Below, piece after piece: positions 1 to 7,885 of a stretch of DNA of 64,000 nucleotides. Location: NCBI GenBank assembly GCA_044376115.1, contig JBILLK010000013.1, forward strand, positions 160,001-224,000, written 5' to 3'. The translations under genes and the position numbers were made by a program. Under the pieces are notes generated by a model. The model ran no database searches. It was not told the origin of the DNA and saw nothing but the letters and a program-made list of their open reading frames with translations. Each line of letters starts with the position of its first letter. Within the stretch, counting starts at the first letter, position 1. Source of the DNA: Polyangiaceae bacterium. GTDB lineage: Bacteria; Myxococcota_A; Polyangia; Polyangiales; Polyangiaceae.

Positions 1-500
1 GCACGACCTTCATCCAGTCCACCGGGGACGAGATGTGCTTCGACGAGATCAAGGTGGACCGCATGGCCACGCTCGACGACACGGCCTTCCCCGGAGCGAC
101 GTTCCGGCGCGCGTACATGCGCCAAGCCTGCCTCCGCGCGACCAACCTCGCGGGCGCCGATTTCACCGAGGCCGACGCCGAGACATGCGACTTCTCGGGC
201 GCGGACCTCTCGAACGCGAAGCTCTACAAGATGCGTGCACCGAGCTCGCTCTTCATCCGCACGAACCTGAAATGGAGCGACATGAAGAGCACCTGGCTCA
301 TCAACGCCGTGTTGCAAAAAGCCCTCGTTCACGGCGCAGACTTCCGCGGATCGAACCTCTTCCGCGCGGACCTCTCGAAGATGAAAGGCGACGCGAGGAC
401 CAACTTCACCGACGCCTACCTCGCGCAGATCACGCGCGCCGGCTCACTCTCCGAGGAGAACGCCAAGCTCATCGATTCATCGCCCGAGGAGACACCGTGA
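1..500 (+). CDS. Pentapeptide-repeat protein, T6SS-associated (TagA/TagAB-like C-terminal part); 5' end outside window
   Basis: A(D/N)LxxA pentapeptide repeats (ATNLAGADFTEA, ADLSNAKL, ADFRGSNLFRADL); the frame is open from base 3; directly upstream of a second pentapeptide gene and DUF3540/DUF4150-like genes. Confidence 0.8.
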   Translation, partial: TTFIQSTGDEMCFDEIKVDRMATLDDTAFPGATFRRAYMRQACLRATNLAGADFTEADAETCDFSGADLSNAKLYKMRAPSSLFIRTNLKWSDMKSTWLINAVLQKALVHGADFRGSNLFRADLSKMKGDARTNFTDAYLAQITRAGSLSEENAKLIDSSPEETP

Positions 501-1552
501 CCACGACGCGTGAAGAGCTCCTGGCGAGGCTCCCGACCGAGCTCTCGCTCTCGAACGAAAACTTCAACGGGATGGATCTGTCCGGGGTCGACTTCGGCGG
601 TATCGCGCTCGCCGGCGTGAGCTTCCGGAGCTGCAACCTAAAGGGCGCGCGCTTCCGCGAGGCGTCGATCTACAAATGCGACTTCTCCTCGGCCGACCTG
701 GCGGAGACCTCGTTCCAGGCGACCGCGATCTACCAGTCGGTGTTCGCGAACACCGCGTGGGACGGCGCCGATATTCGGGCCGCGCAGTTCTACGAGACCG
801 ATCTCGTCGGCGCCGATTGGCGCACCGCGCGGACGGTGCTGACGACGCTGGGGAGCTGCGACGCGACGCGGCTCAACCTCTCGGGCACCCTGGTCGACCG
901 GCTGACCTTCGCGCAGACCAAGCTCGACGAGCTGGACCTCACCGGCTCGCGAATCGAGCGGACGGTCTTCTTCGAAGCGAGTGTGCGCGGGATGAAGATC
1001 GATCGGACCAGCTGGGACAAGGCGGTCTTCTTTCGAACGGGCCTCGCTGGCATGAAGTTCGCCGAGCTCGAGCTCGCGCACGTGCAGATGTTCGATACGG
1101 ACCTCACCGGTTGCGACTTCACGCGCGCCAAGCTGCCCAACTGCAACTTCAAAGGCTCCACGCTGCGCAACGCGAAGTTCGACGAGGTCGACGGGCCGAA
1201 CACCCTCTTCATCGAGGCGAACCTCGAGGGCGCGAGCTTCCGCAAAGCGCGGCTCTACCAAGCGCTGTTCCCGAAGGCGAAGGCGATGAGCGCGAACTTC
1301 ACGCGCGCCGACCTGGAGCTCGCGATGTTTCAGCACGCGTCCTGTGAGCTCGCGAGCTTCGCCGACGCCAAGCTCACCTACGCAGATTTCAGCTACGCCA
1401 ACGTGGAGCGCGCCGACTTCTCCGGCGCCAGCCTGTACCGCACGCGGTACCACGCGACCCGCGACAAGGATGCGATCTTCACGAACCGGGCAATCGCCTT
1501 GGGCGACGACGAAGAGCTGGCCAAGGCCGAGCGGTTCAAGTCACGATACTGA
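497..1552 (+). CDS. Pentapeptide-repeat protein (TagB-like, T6SS-associated)
   Basis: GTG at 497 overlaps the upstream TGA (GTGA); about 350 aa of continuous pentapeptide repeats (MDLSGVDFGG...ADFSYANVERADFSGASLYR). Confidence 0.85.
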   Translation: MTTTREELLARLPTELSLSNENFNGMDLSGVDFGGIALAGVSFRSCNLKGARFREASIYKCDFSSADLAETSFQATAIYQSVFANTAWDGADIRAAQFYETDLVGADWRTARTVLTTLGSCDATRLNLSGTLVDRLTFAQTKLDELDLTGSRIERTVFFEASVRGMKIDRTSWDKAVFFRTGLAGMKFAELELAHVQMFDTDLTGCDFTRAKLPNCNFKGSTLRNAKFDEVDGPNTLFIEANLEGASFRKARLYQALFPKAKAMSANFTRADLELAMFQHASCELASFADAKLTYADFSYANVERADFSGASLYRTRYHATRDKDAIFTNRAIALGDDEELAKAERFKSRY

Positions 1553-1565
1553 GGAGGAGCGCGCG

Positions 1566-2288
1566 ATGATCTCACCCCTTCCCCCGACCGCCGAACAAGC
1601 GCTCCTCAGCGAGGAGAACGCGCCCGATCAGGCAGCGAACGCTGTGGCCGATCTGCAGGCGACGTCCGGCGCGCCCAGCCTCGAGACGGGCCAGGTCGAA
1701 CGGATCGAGGGGCCGGTGCTGGTGGTGTGGACGGGCTCGCGGGCGGTCCGCGCCAAGCGCGCGCCAGCGTGCATCGTGGCGCCGGAGCTGCGCGACCGCG
1801 TGCTGCTCGCGCACGCCGATGGCCGCACTTACGTGCTCGCGGTGCTCGAGCGTGAGGAGGAGCAAGCGCCCATCCGGCTCACCGCCGAGGGAGACCTTCG
1901 GGTCGAATCGACCTCGGGGCGCGTGGACGTCGTGGCGGCACAGGGCGCGTCGGTCGCGACGCGCGGGACGCTCTCGCTCCACGCGCGGGCGCTCGAGGCG
2001 AAGAGTGAAGTCGCGGAGCTCACCTTCTCCAAGCTGCGCTTGCTCGGCTCGGAGGTGCTCGCCGAGGTCACGCGCTCGAAGCTCGTTGGCCGCGCGATCG
2101 AGTCGGTCGCGGAGGTCGTTCAGCAGACGGCGACGCGCGTCTCGCGTGTGGTCACCGAGCTCGAACATGTGCGCGTCGGCACGCTCGATCTAGCGGCGGA
2201 GAAGTCTGCGATGATCCATGCGGAGAACGCGGTGGTCACGGCGAAGGCCCTGGTAAAAGTCGACGGCGAGCTGGTGCAGCTCGGATAG
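1566..2288 (+). CDS. DUF3540-like protein (TagC-like, T6SS-associated)
   Basis: GAGGAG Shine-Dalgarno before ATG 1566; motifs AKRAPACIVAPELRDRVLL, YVLAVLER and C-terminal VTAKALVKVDGELVQLG are typical of DUF3540. Confidence 0.8.
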   Translation: MISPLPPTAEQALLSEENAPDQAANAVADLQATSGAPSLETGQVERIEGPVLVVWTGSRAVRAKRAPACIVAPELRDRVLLAHADGRTYVLAVLEREEEQAPIRLTAEGDLRVESTSGRVDVVAAQGASVATRGTLSLHARALEAKSEVAELTFSKLRLLGSEVLAEVTRSKLVGRAIESVAEVVQQTATRVSRVVTELEHVRVGTLDLAAEKSAMIHAENAVVTAKALVKVDGELVQLG

Positions 2289-2296
2289 GAGAAGCC

Positions 2297-2686
2297 ATGT
2301 TTGCAAATACACAAATGATGGGCATGGACATGGGCTTCCCCGACGTCTGCATGACGCCGCCCGTCGCTGCGCCGATCCCGTATCCGAACATGGCGATGGG
2401 CCCGATGGGCGTGCCCGCGGCCTACAACATCCTCACGTTCTACGCTCCCGCGCACAACATGATGACCACGATCCCGGTGACGCTCGGGGATCAGCCGGGC
2501 TTGATGCTCGGCGTCGCCTCGGGCCTCGTGATGGGGCCTTCGCGCCGCCTCGTTTGCGCCTTCACCTGTCTCGTCGGCTACGCGCCGGCGCAGCGTATGA
2601 CGAGCTTCGGGATCCAAAACAACACCAACTGCCCCGGCGTTCGCCTCGTACCCAGCCAGCCGAAGGTGATCATCCTCAAGGCCTGA
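2297..2686 (+). CDS. DUF4150 / PAAR-like spike tip protein
   Basis: MFANTQMMGMDMGFPDVCMTPP..PIPYPN, GDQPG..GVASG, QNNTNCPG..VPSQPKV: hallmark DUF4150 PAAR-like motifs; AGGAG SD. Confidence 0.88.
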   Translation: MFANTQMMGMDMGFPDVCMTPPVAAPIPYPNMAMGPMGVPAAYNILTFYAPAHNMMTTIPVTLGDQPGLMLGVASGLVMGPSRRLVCAFTCLVGYAPAQRMTSFGIQNNTNCPGVRLVPSQPKVIILKA

Positions 2687-2707
2687 CGCTTCAGCTAGAC
2701 TTCCCCT

Positions 2708-2932
2708 GTGGACGACAGAGCGCGGCGAGCCGAAGAACGACGCCGCAGCTACGAAGGCGCCGTCGTACGCGCGGGCACTCCAAAGCCTCGGCTCCGCGGC
2801 GAGAGCTTCACGATGCAGCGCCTCGAGGAGATGTGGGAGCTCTGCGTAAAGCAATGGGAGGCCAGCGGGCGCACACTACCGACCTACGAACGCAGCGAAA
2901 TGCCTGGTGAGATCTTTCGGATCGACCGATGA
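2708..2932 (+). CDS. Small hypothetical protein (74 aa), possible antitoxin/partner of the downstream nucleotidyltransferase
   Basis: TAGACT -10-like hexamer 6 nt before GTG; stop overlaps the next ATG (ATGA); helical ERLEEMWEL-like segment (QRLEEMWEL). Confidence 0.6.
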   Translation: MDDRARRAEERRRSYEGAVVRAGTPKPRLRGESFTMQRLEEMWELCVKQWEASGRTLPTYERSEMPGEIFRIDR

Positions 2933-3402
2933 AGCTGAACGCGGACTTCACGGATCTGCTTACGCACTTCTCCGACCACCAGGTCGAGTTTGCGCTCATC
3001 GGCGGCTGGGCGCTCGCCGTCTACGGGTATGCGCGCGGTACCGATGACCTCGATGTGCTCGTGCGCGCGACGCCGGAGAATGCCGAGCGCGTCATGCGGG
3101 CACTTGCCGCCTTCGGCGCGCCGATCGCGCAGCATCATGTGACGGCTTCGTTGTTCGCGACGCCAGACTACGGATACCGAATGGGCGTCAAACCCAACCT
3201 CATCGAGATCCTAACGACGATCAGCGGCGTTACCTTCGATGACGTCATGAAAGAGCACCGCACCGTCGATGTGGAAGGACGCAAGGTAGCTGTCATCGGT
3301 CGAGGCGCGCTCCTGACGAACAAGCGTGCGTCGGGCCGCGCAAAAGACCTCGCCGACGTCGAATGGCTCGAGGCCCATCCTGCCGAAGAGCCGGATCGAT
3401 AG
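2929..3402 (+). CDS. Nucleotidyltransferase (DUF6036/AbiEii-like, Pol-beta superfamily)
   Basis: LIGGWALAVYGYARGTDDLD (GG...R.T.D.D) and C-terminal NKRASGRAKDLAD motifs. Confidence 0.8.
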   Translation: MKLNADFTDLLTHFSDHQVEFALIGGWALAVYGYARGTDDLDVLVRATPENAERVMRALAAFGAPIAQHHVTASLFATPDYGYRMGVKPNLIEILTTISGVTFDDVMKEHRTVDVEGRKVAVIGRGALLTNKRASGRAKDLADVEWLEAHPAEEPDR

Positions 3403-3457
3403 CCGACTCGAGCGCGCGAAGTGGTCGGGGCAAGGTTGCAGCCACGCTGCGCCGCCA

Positions 3458-3868
3458 TCAGGGGCAGACCTTGGCTCGAAACGATTGCCTCGTCCCGCCC
3501 TTGAGGTCGTAACCGAAGATGGTGAGCTCGCCGCGCAGCTCCTTGCCGGGCTTCGGATCGAAGCCATCCCACTCGATCTGAGCGAAGCCCATCGGATCGG
3601 CGGAGCCGCCGGTGATGAACGAGTCGGGCGCGGGCTCGTGAAACATGGCGCGCACCGGCTGAGGTCCGGTTTTGCGCATACCGCCCAGCTCCGCCACCCC
3701 GATGTCGGAGCCGACGACGAAGCTGTGCCGGTTCGGGTGCACGGGCGTGGCGCAGGAGAACGGCCGGTCCCCGGAGAAGAGCCAGATATCGTCGACCGTG
3801 CCGGGGCGTGACTCTTTCGCGCGGAAGGCGATGCCCGAAGCGACCTCCGACAGCGGCACGATCGGACC
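3458..3868 (-). CDS. Hypothetical protein, C-terminal fragment (5' end missing at junction ~3869)
   Basis: Protein-like sequence GPIVPLSEV...QSFRAKVCP*; upstream of 3869 the frame becomes the antisense shadow of the Cys-rich gene. Confidence 0.5.
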   Translation of the reverse strand, partial: GPIVPLSEVASGIAFRAKESRPGTVDDIWLFSGDRPFSCATPVHPNRHSFVVGSDIGVAELGGMRKTGPQPVRAMFHEPAPDSFITGGSADPMGFAQIEWDGFDPKPGKELRGELTIFGYDLKGGTRQSFRAKVCP

Positions 3869-3871
3869 AGC

Positions 3872-4750
3872 GACGACGCCAACACCAACGACTGCGACGG
3901 CTGCCGCGGTAACTGCAGCGCCGTAGAGACCGGCTGCGGTGACGGCTTCACGTGCGGCCTCGAAGGCTGCGACGACGGGAACGCGGTCAACACCGACGCT
4001 TGCCCCACCACCTGCGCCCTGGCTGCCTGCGGTGACGGCTTCCTGCTCGCAGGGGTCGAGGCGTGCGACGACGGCGGAACGATGGCGGGGGACGGTTGCA
4101 GCGCGAGGTGCAACCCGGAGCCTGGCTTCACCTGCGTCGCCAACGTGTGCACGTCGACCTGCGGCGACGGTCTCGTCGCGTCCGACGAGGGCTGCGACGA
4201 CGGCAACGTGATCGCAGCGGACGGCTGCGCGGCCAACTGCACAGTGGAGAAGGGCTTCTCCTGCGGAGGTGAGCCCTCCAGCTGCGAGCCTGGCTGCGGC
4301 GACGGCATCGTCATTGGAGCCGAAGGCTGCGACGACGGCAACACGACAGCAAGCGACGGCTGCGCGGCCGACTGCCAGCCCGAACAAGGTTTCGAGTGCA
4401 CTGGCGCCCCGTCGGTCTGCAGCTCGAACTGCGGCGACGACCTGCTCGCGTCGGACGAGGAGTGCGACGACGGCAACCAAGAGGACGGCGACGGCTGCTC
4501 GGCCACGTGTGAGGACGAGGCAACCGGCCAAGGCGGCGCTGGCGGCGCTGGCGGTGGCGGGGGCGCTACCGGTGGCGGCGGCGCTACCGGTGGCGGCGGC
4601 GCCGGTGGTGAGGGCGGCGGCGATGAGGGGGACGCTGAGGACGATGGCTGCAACTGCTCCCTCCCCGGTGGCGACAAGGGCTCGAACACGATCGGTCTGA
4701 TCGCGGTCGTGGGTCTGCTCGCCTTCGCGAAGCGACGTCGGCGACGGTAA
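3872..4750 (+). CDS. Myxococcus Cys-rich repeat (DUF4215-type) surface protein with MYXO-CTERM sorting signal, 5'-truncated
   Basis: Repeated CGDG....E.CDDGN....DGC...C units from 3872; Gly-rich linker; C-terminal GCNCS + TM helix + KRRRRR; in-frame stop at 3809 and no start codon or signal peptide before the repeats. Confidence 0.85.
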   Translation, partial: DDANTNDCDGCRGNCSAVETGCGDGFTCGLEGCDDGNAVNTDACPTTCALAACGDGFLLAGVEACDDGGTMAGDGCSARCNPEPGFTCVANVCTSTCGDGLVASDEGCDDGNVIAADGCAANCTVEKGFSCGGEPSSCEPGCGDGIVIGAEGCDDGNTTASDGCAADCQPEQGFECTGAPSVCSSNCGDDLLASDEECDDGNQEDGDGCSATCEDEATGQGGAGGAGGGGGATGGGGATGGGGAGGEGGGDEGDAEDDGCNCSLPGGDKGSNTIGLIAVVGLLAFAKRRRRR

Positions 4751-4802
4751 TGACGCGAGAAGCCGACGCCCTCTAGGGCGAGAGCTTCGACGTGAAGCGA
4801 TG

Positions 4803-4836
4803 AAAACGGTGGCCCGCCTGGGCCACCGTTTTTTTT
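4803..4836. terminator. Intrinsic terminator, probably bidirectional
   Basis: AAAACGGTGGCCC-GCCT-GGGCCACCGTTTT plus further T's, between convergent genes. Confidence 0.85.
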
Positions 4837-5501
4837 CAGCGCGCGACCCCTGCAGCTCCGAGTCGCTGCAACGACGGCGGTGGGGCCTCCTCATAGAGCG
4901 CCGACCAGTTCACAGCCGACCCGACAACTTCGACGGCGAGCGGCTCGTAGCTACGGATGACAGCACCGGCCTCGGCGGTCTTGAACGCATCCGTCACTAG
5001 GATCTGGCCCGCCTTTGCGGTGTCCTCGCCGAGCTTGCTGGCCGCGTTGACCTGCTGCCCAAAGACGTCGCGGTCACCAACGCGCAATATCTGGCCAAAG
5101 CCGATACCGACACAGAGCAGGATCATCTCCTCCTCGCGTCGTCGACGGTTGATCAGCGAGCAGGTCGCCATCATCTCGAGCGCGCACCGCATGGCCACCT
5201 CGGCCCGCTTGAACAGGATGAGCTGACTGTCCGCCTCGCTCTTCACCATAATCCCGTCGTAACGCTCGATCACAGGATCGAGGTGCTTGCGTTGCTCCCA
5301 AATGATTTGCAAAAAATGGGTAATGCCGAACTCGGTGGTGTGGCGCGAGAAGCCCGAGAGGTCGGTGAACATCACGGCCCACTCCTGACCGAAAAGGTCC
5401 CAGATACGAGCATCGATCGCAGCAATGTCTGCGTCCGGGTGCGTCCGCTGTTCAATCAGGGACCAGAGCCTGTCTTCACTGCTCCTCAGGTTCGGCTTCA
5501 T
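4836..5501 (-). CDS. Stand-alone class III adenylate/guanylate cyclase domain protein
   Basis: VMFTDLSGFS, VKSEADS, LCVGIGFG, DVFGQQVNAASKL motifs. Confidence 0.85.
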   Translation of the reverse strand: MKPNLRSSEDRLWSLIEQRTHPDADIAAIDARIWDLFGQEWAVMFTDLSGFSRHTTEFGITHFLQIIWEQRKHLDPVIERYDGIMVKSEADSQLILFKRAEVAMRCALEMMATCSLINRRRREEEMILLCVGIGFGQILRVGDRDVFGQQVNAASKLGEDTAKAGQILVTDAFKTAEAGAVIRSYEPLAVEVVGSAVNWSALYEEAPPPSLQRLGAAGVAR

Positions 5502-5585
5502 CGCCGAGAACCTTAGCAAAGCAGAAAGTCGTCGGGCGAGAACGCGACAACCGCATCCTCGCGCCCCGCGACCGTCCCTAGCAGC

Positions 5586-5963
5586 TCAATTCGGAACCCA
5601 ACGCTGCACGGCCTCCAGCGTGTCGGCTGGCGTGGTGTTGAAGCAGATCCTCGCGCGCGGGGCCTGCTCGTGCACGACGTTAAGGAGCTTCTCGAACAGC
5701 AGGAAGTAGGGCGCGCCCATGCGAATGCCGGCGCCGATCACCACGCAGTCGAACGGCTGCTCGGCGAGAGCCTTCGTCACCGTCGCCTCAGCGGTCTCAC
5801 CGAGATCGACAGGGCACCAGTGAGCCTGGTAGCCGCTGTCGGTCAGCTTCTGCACGACGGCGCTGATCCCTTTCATGAGCAGCTCGGCGGTGGCGCCCGG
5901 CGGCGCCGCCGACAGGTCGACGAGAGACGGTTCGATTCCGATGTAGAGGACGCGAGCAGCCAT
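5586..5963 (-). CDS. Conserved hypothetical protein (small alpha/beta fold)
   Basis: Clean ORF; FDCVVIGAGIR...LFEKLLNVVH..AP.ARICFNTTP.DT.EAVQRW; TAATCT hexamer 6 nt before ATG. Confidence 0.7.
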   Translation of the reverse strand: MAARVLYIGIEPSLVDLSAAPPGATAELLMKGISAVVQKLTDSGYQAHWCPVDLGETAEATVTKALAEQPFDCVVIGAGIRMGAPYFLLFEKLLNVVHEQAPRARICFNTTPADTLEAVQRWVPN

Positions 5964-6104
5964 GGGCGGAGATTAGCCGAGAGGCGCTGGCGTGCGAGTA
6001 CGCGTGTGCTCCAAAAGCTACCTTCGGCCCTTCGATAGAGCGTCTACCGTCTGAAGGTCGCGCGACTGTTCGCGTCTCCGCGTCTCGTCGCCTAAACTCC
6101 CGCC

Positions 6105-6201
6105 ATGGCTGATTGGCTTGCGACCTCCCCATGGATCAGCGGTGGACTTCGCATCACCCGCACCGCACTCGCGGAGATGGAGCGAGAGATGCTCCGTGGA
6201 T
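6105..6201 (+). CDS. N-terminal fragment of a gene (possibly Mov34/MPN/JAB family) cut at junction ~6201
   Basis: TAAACT 6 nt before ATG; MADWLATSPWISGGLRITRTALAEMEREMLRG, then an abrupt switch into mid-VgrG sequence; the family call is weak recall only. Confidence 0.4.
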
Positions 6202-7875
6202 CTCTTGTCCGAATGGGGCGTCGAGCATAGGGCAGTCGTCGACCCCAGCGCGCACCTCGGGCGCAAGTTCCGCGTGCAGTACGGAGAGTCGGACTACGAC
6301 TTCATTCGGCGGATGCTGGAGGACGCGGGCATCAGCTTCTTCTTCGAGGACACCGGGGAGACGACGGTGATGGTCCTCTCGGACGAGCCGCAGCTCACCG
6401 AGGTACGTCACCCGCTGCTGCGATTCCACGATCAACCCGGCGTCACCGACGCGAGCTTCGTGACGCAGGTCGCAGTCGGGCAGCGCACGCGCCCGGCGAA
6501 GCAGACCATCGGCGACCTCGACTATCGCCGGCCGAGCTCGCAGCAACCTCGACTGTCGGCCCGACGAGGTTTGCCCCAAGAGGCGGCACTCGAGCAATTC
6601 GACTACGAGCCCGGCGCGTTCCTCTACCAGGGCGCAGGCGGCGGCAACACGCCGAGCGCTGACGACCGCGGGGTTGCTCGTACGAACGAGCAACAAGGTG
6701 CTCGCAAGTCCGAGGGGCGCCTGCTCGGTCGTCGTCAAGATGCAAAGACTGTCCGCTTCGTCTCTGACGTGATCGAGCTGAGTCCGGGGGTCGCGCTGAG
6801 CGTGGCAGACCACCCGCACCCTGCCGTGACGTCGAGCGCGCTGCTCGTCACCCGGGCGGTGCTCGCGGGCCAGCACGACGGCGAGTGGCGGGTTCACATC
6901 GAGTCGGTCGCCGCCACGGATCCGTTCCGTCCTCAGCCCACTTCGACCAAGCCCAGGGTGCGCGGGCTCGAGAGCGCGACGGTCGTCGGCCCAGGGAGCG
7001 AGGAGATTCACACGGACGAATACGCACGCGTGCGGGTCCACTTCCACTGGGATCGCGAAAGTCAGCGCGACGAGGCCAGCTCCTGTTGGATCCCCACGAA
7101 CCAGCCCTGGGCTGGGGCTGGCTTTGGTGCGGTCAACATCCCTCGAATCGGGCAAGAGGTGCTCGTGGAGTTCCTGGGCGACGACCCGGATCGCCCCGTC
7201 GTCCTCGGCCGTGTTTTCACGGAGCAGAACCCCCCCGGCTACCCGATGCCGGCGGGGATGAGGCTCACCGGCTTGATCGGTAAGTCGAGTCCGCAACTCG
7301 TCGCAGGCGCTGGGATCAGCCAGTTCGACATCTCCGACATGATATCGAAGAGCTGGTCAGAGCCGGCGTTCAAGGCCGCGCCGCCCGAGCCCCTGTCCCC
7401 TCACTCCAGCGACAACGCCTTCGTCGTCGGGGACGCGCAGGGAGGTGACATCACTTATATCCAAGCACGTAGGGACCTCACCATCCTCGCAAAGAACAAG
7501 TGGACGACCGTAGTCGGCAACTACCGCGGTTGCTACGTGGGAGGCAACGACGCCCTGCATGTAAAGAACAAGCAACAGGTCGACGTCGGGGAGAACCAAC
7601 TCGTGAAGGTCTGGCACAACCAGAACATCAGGGTCGGCGAGCTCCGCGAGGAGAAGATCGAGGGCCACGCGGGTATTTCGGCGCTCTCCGACCTGCAGAT
7701 CAAGAGCGACGGCGTCATCAAATACAACGCCAAGACAGGCATCCTCACCGAGAGCGACGAGACGGTGCGCCTACAGGTTGGGACCTCTCAGGTCATCGTC
7801 AACAATACGTCCATCGCCATCAAGGCTGACAAGGTCGAGATCAACTCGCCCTACACGACCGGCGGGAGCTTCTAA
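6202..7875 (+). CDS. vgrG: Type VI secretion spike protein VgrG (5'-truncated)
   Basis: RVQYGESDYDFIRRMLEDAGI, ESATVVGPGSEEIHTDEYARVRVHFHWDR, NIPRIGQEVLVEFLGDDPDRPVVLGRVF; lacks the ~120 N-terminal aa present in the neighbouring paralog. Confidence 0.9.
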   Translation, partial: LLSEWGVEHRAVVDPSAHLGRKFRVQYGESDYDFIRRMLEDAGISFFFEDTGETTVMVLSDEPQLTEVRHPLLRFHDQPGVTDASFVTQVAVGQRTRPAKQTIGDLDYRRPSSQQPRLSARRGLPQEAALEQFDYEPGAFLYQGAGGGNTPSADDRGVARTNEQQGARKSEGRLLGRRQDAKTVRFVSDVIELSPGVALSVADHPHPAVTSSALLVTRAVLAGQHDGEWRVHIESVAATDPFRPQPTSTKPRVRGLESATVVGPGSEEIHTDEYARVRVHFHWDRESQRDEASSCWIPTNQPWAGAGFGAVNIPRIGQEVLVEFLGDDPDRPVVLGRVFTEQNPPGYPMPAGMRLTGLIGKSSPQLVAGAGISQFDISDMISKSWSEPAFKAAPPEPLSPHSSDNAFVVGDAQGGDITYIQARRDLTILAKNKWTTVVGNYRGCYVGGNDALHVKNKQQVDVGENQLVKVWHNQNIRVGELREEKIEGHAGISALSDLQIKSDGVIKYNAKTGILTESDETVRLQVGTSQVIVNNTSIAIKADKVEINSPYTTGGSF

Positions 7876-7885
7876 GGAGCTATCG

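Noticed and set aside
35..496. N-terminal extension of the 505-aa ORF
   Set aside because: Out-of-frame overlap with the upstream pentapeptide gene; the real start is GTG 497
3869..4894. N-terminal part of the 478-aa minus ORF 3458..4894
   Set aside because: Antisense of the Cys-rich MYXO-CTERM gene; only 3458..3868 looks coding
4836..5963. Pycsar/CBASS-like defence system (cyclase plus neighbour)
   Set aside because: No TM, TIR or cNMP-binding effector adjacent; each gene has its own -10-like hexamer
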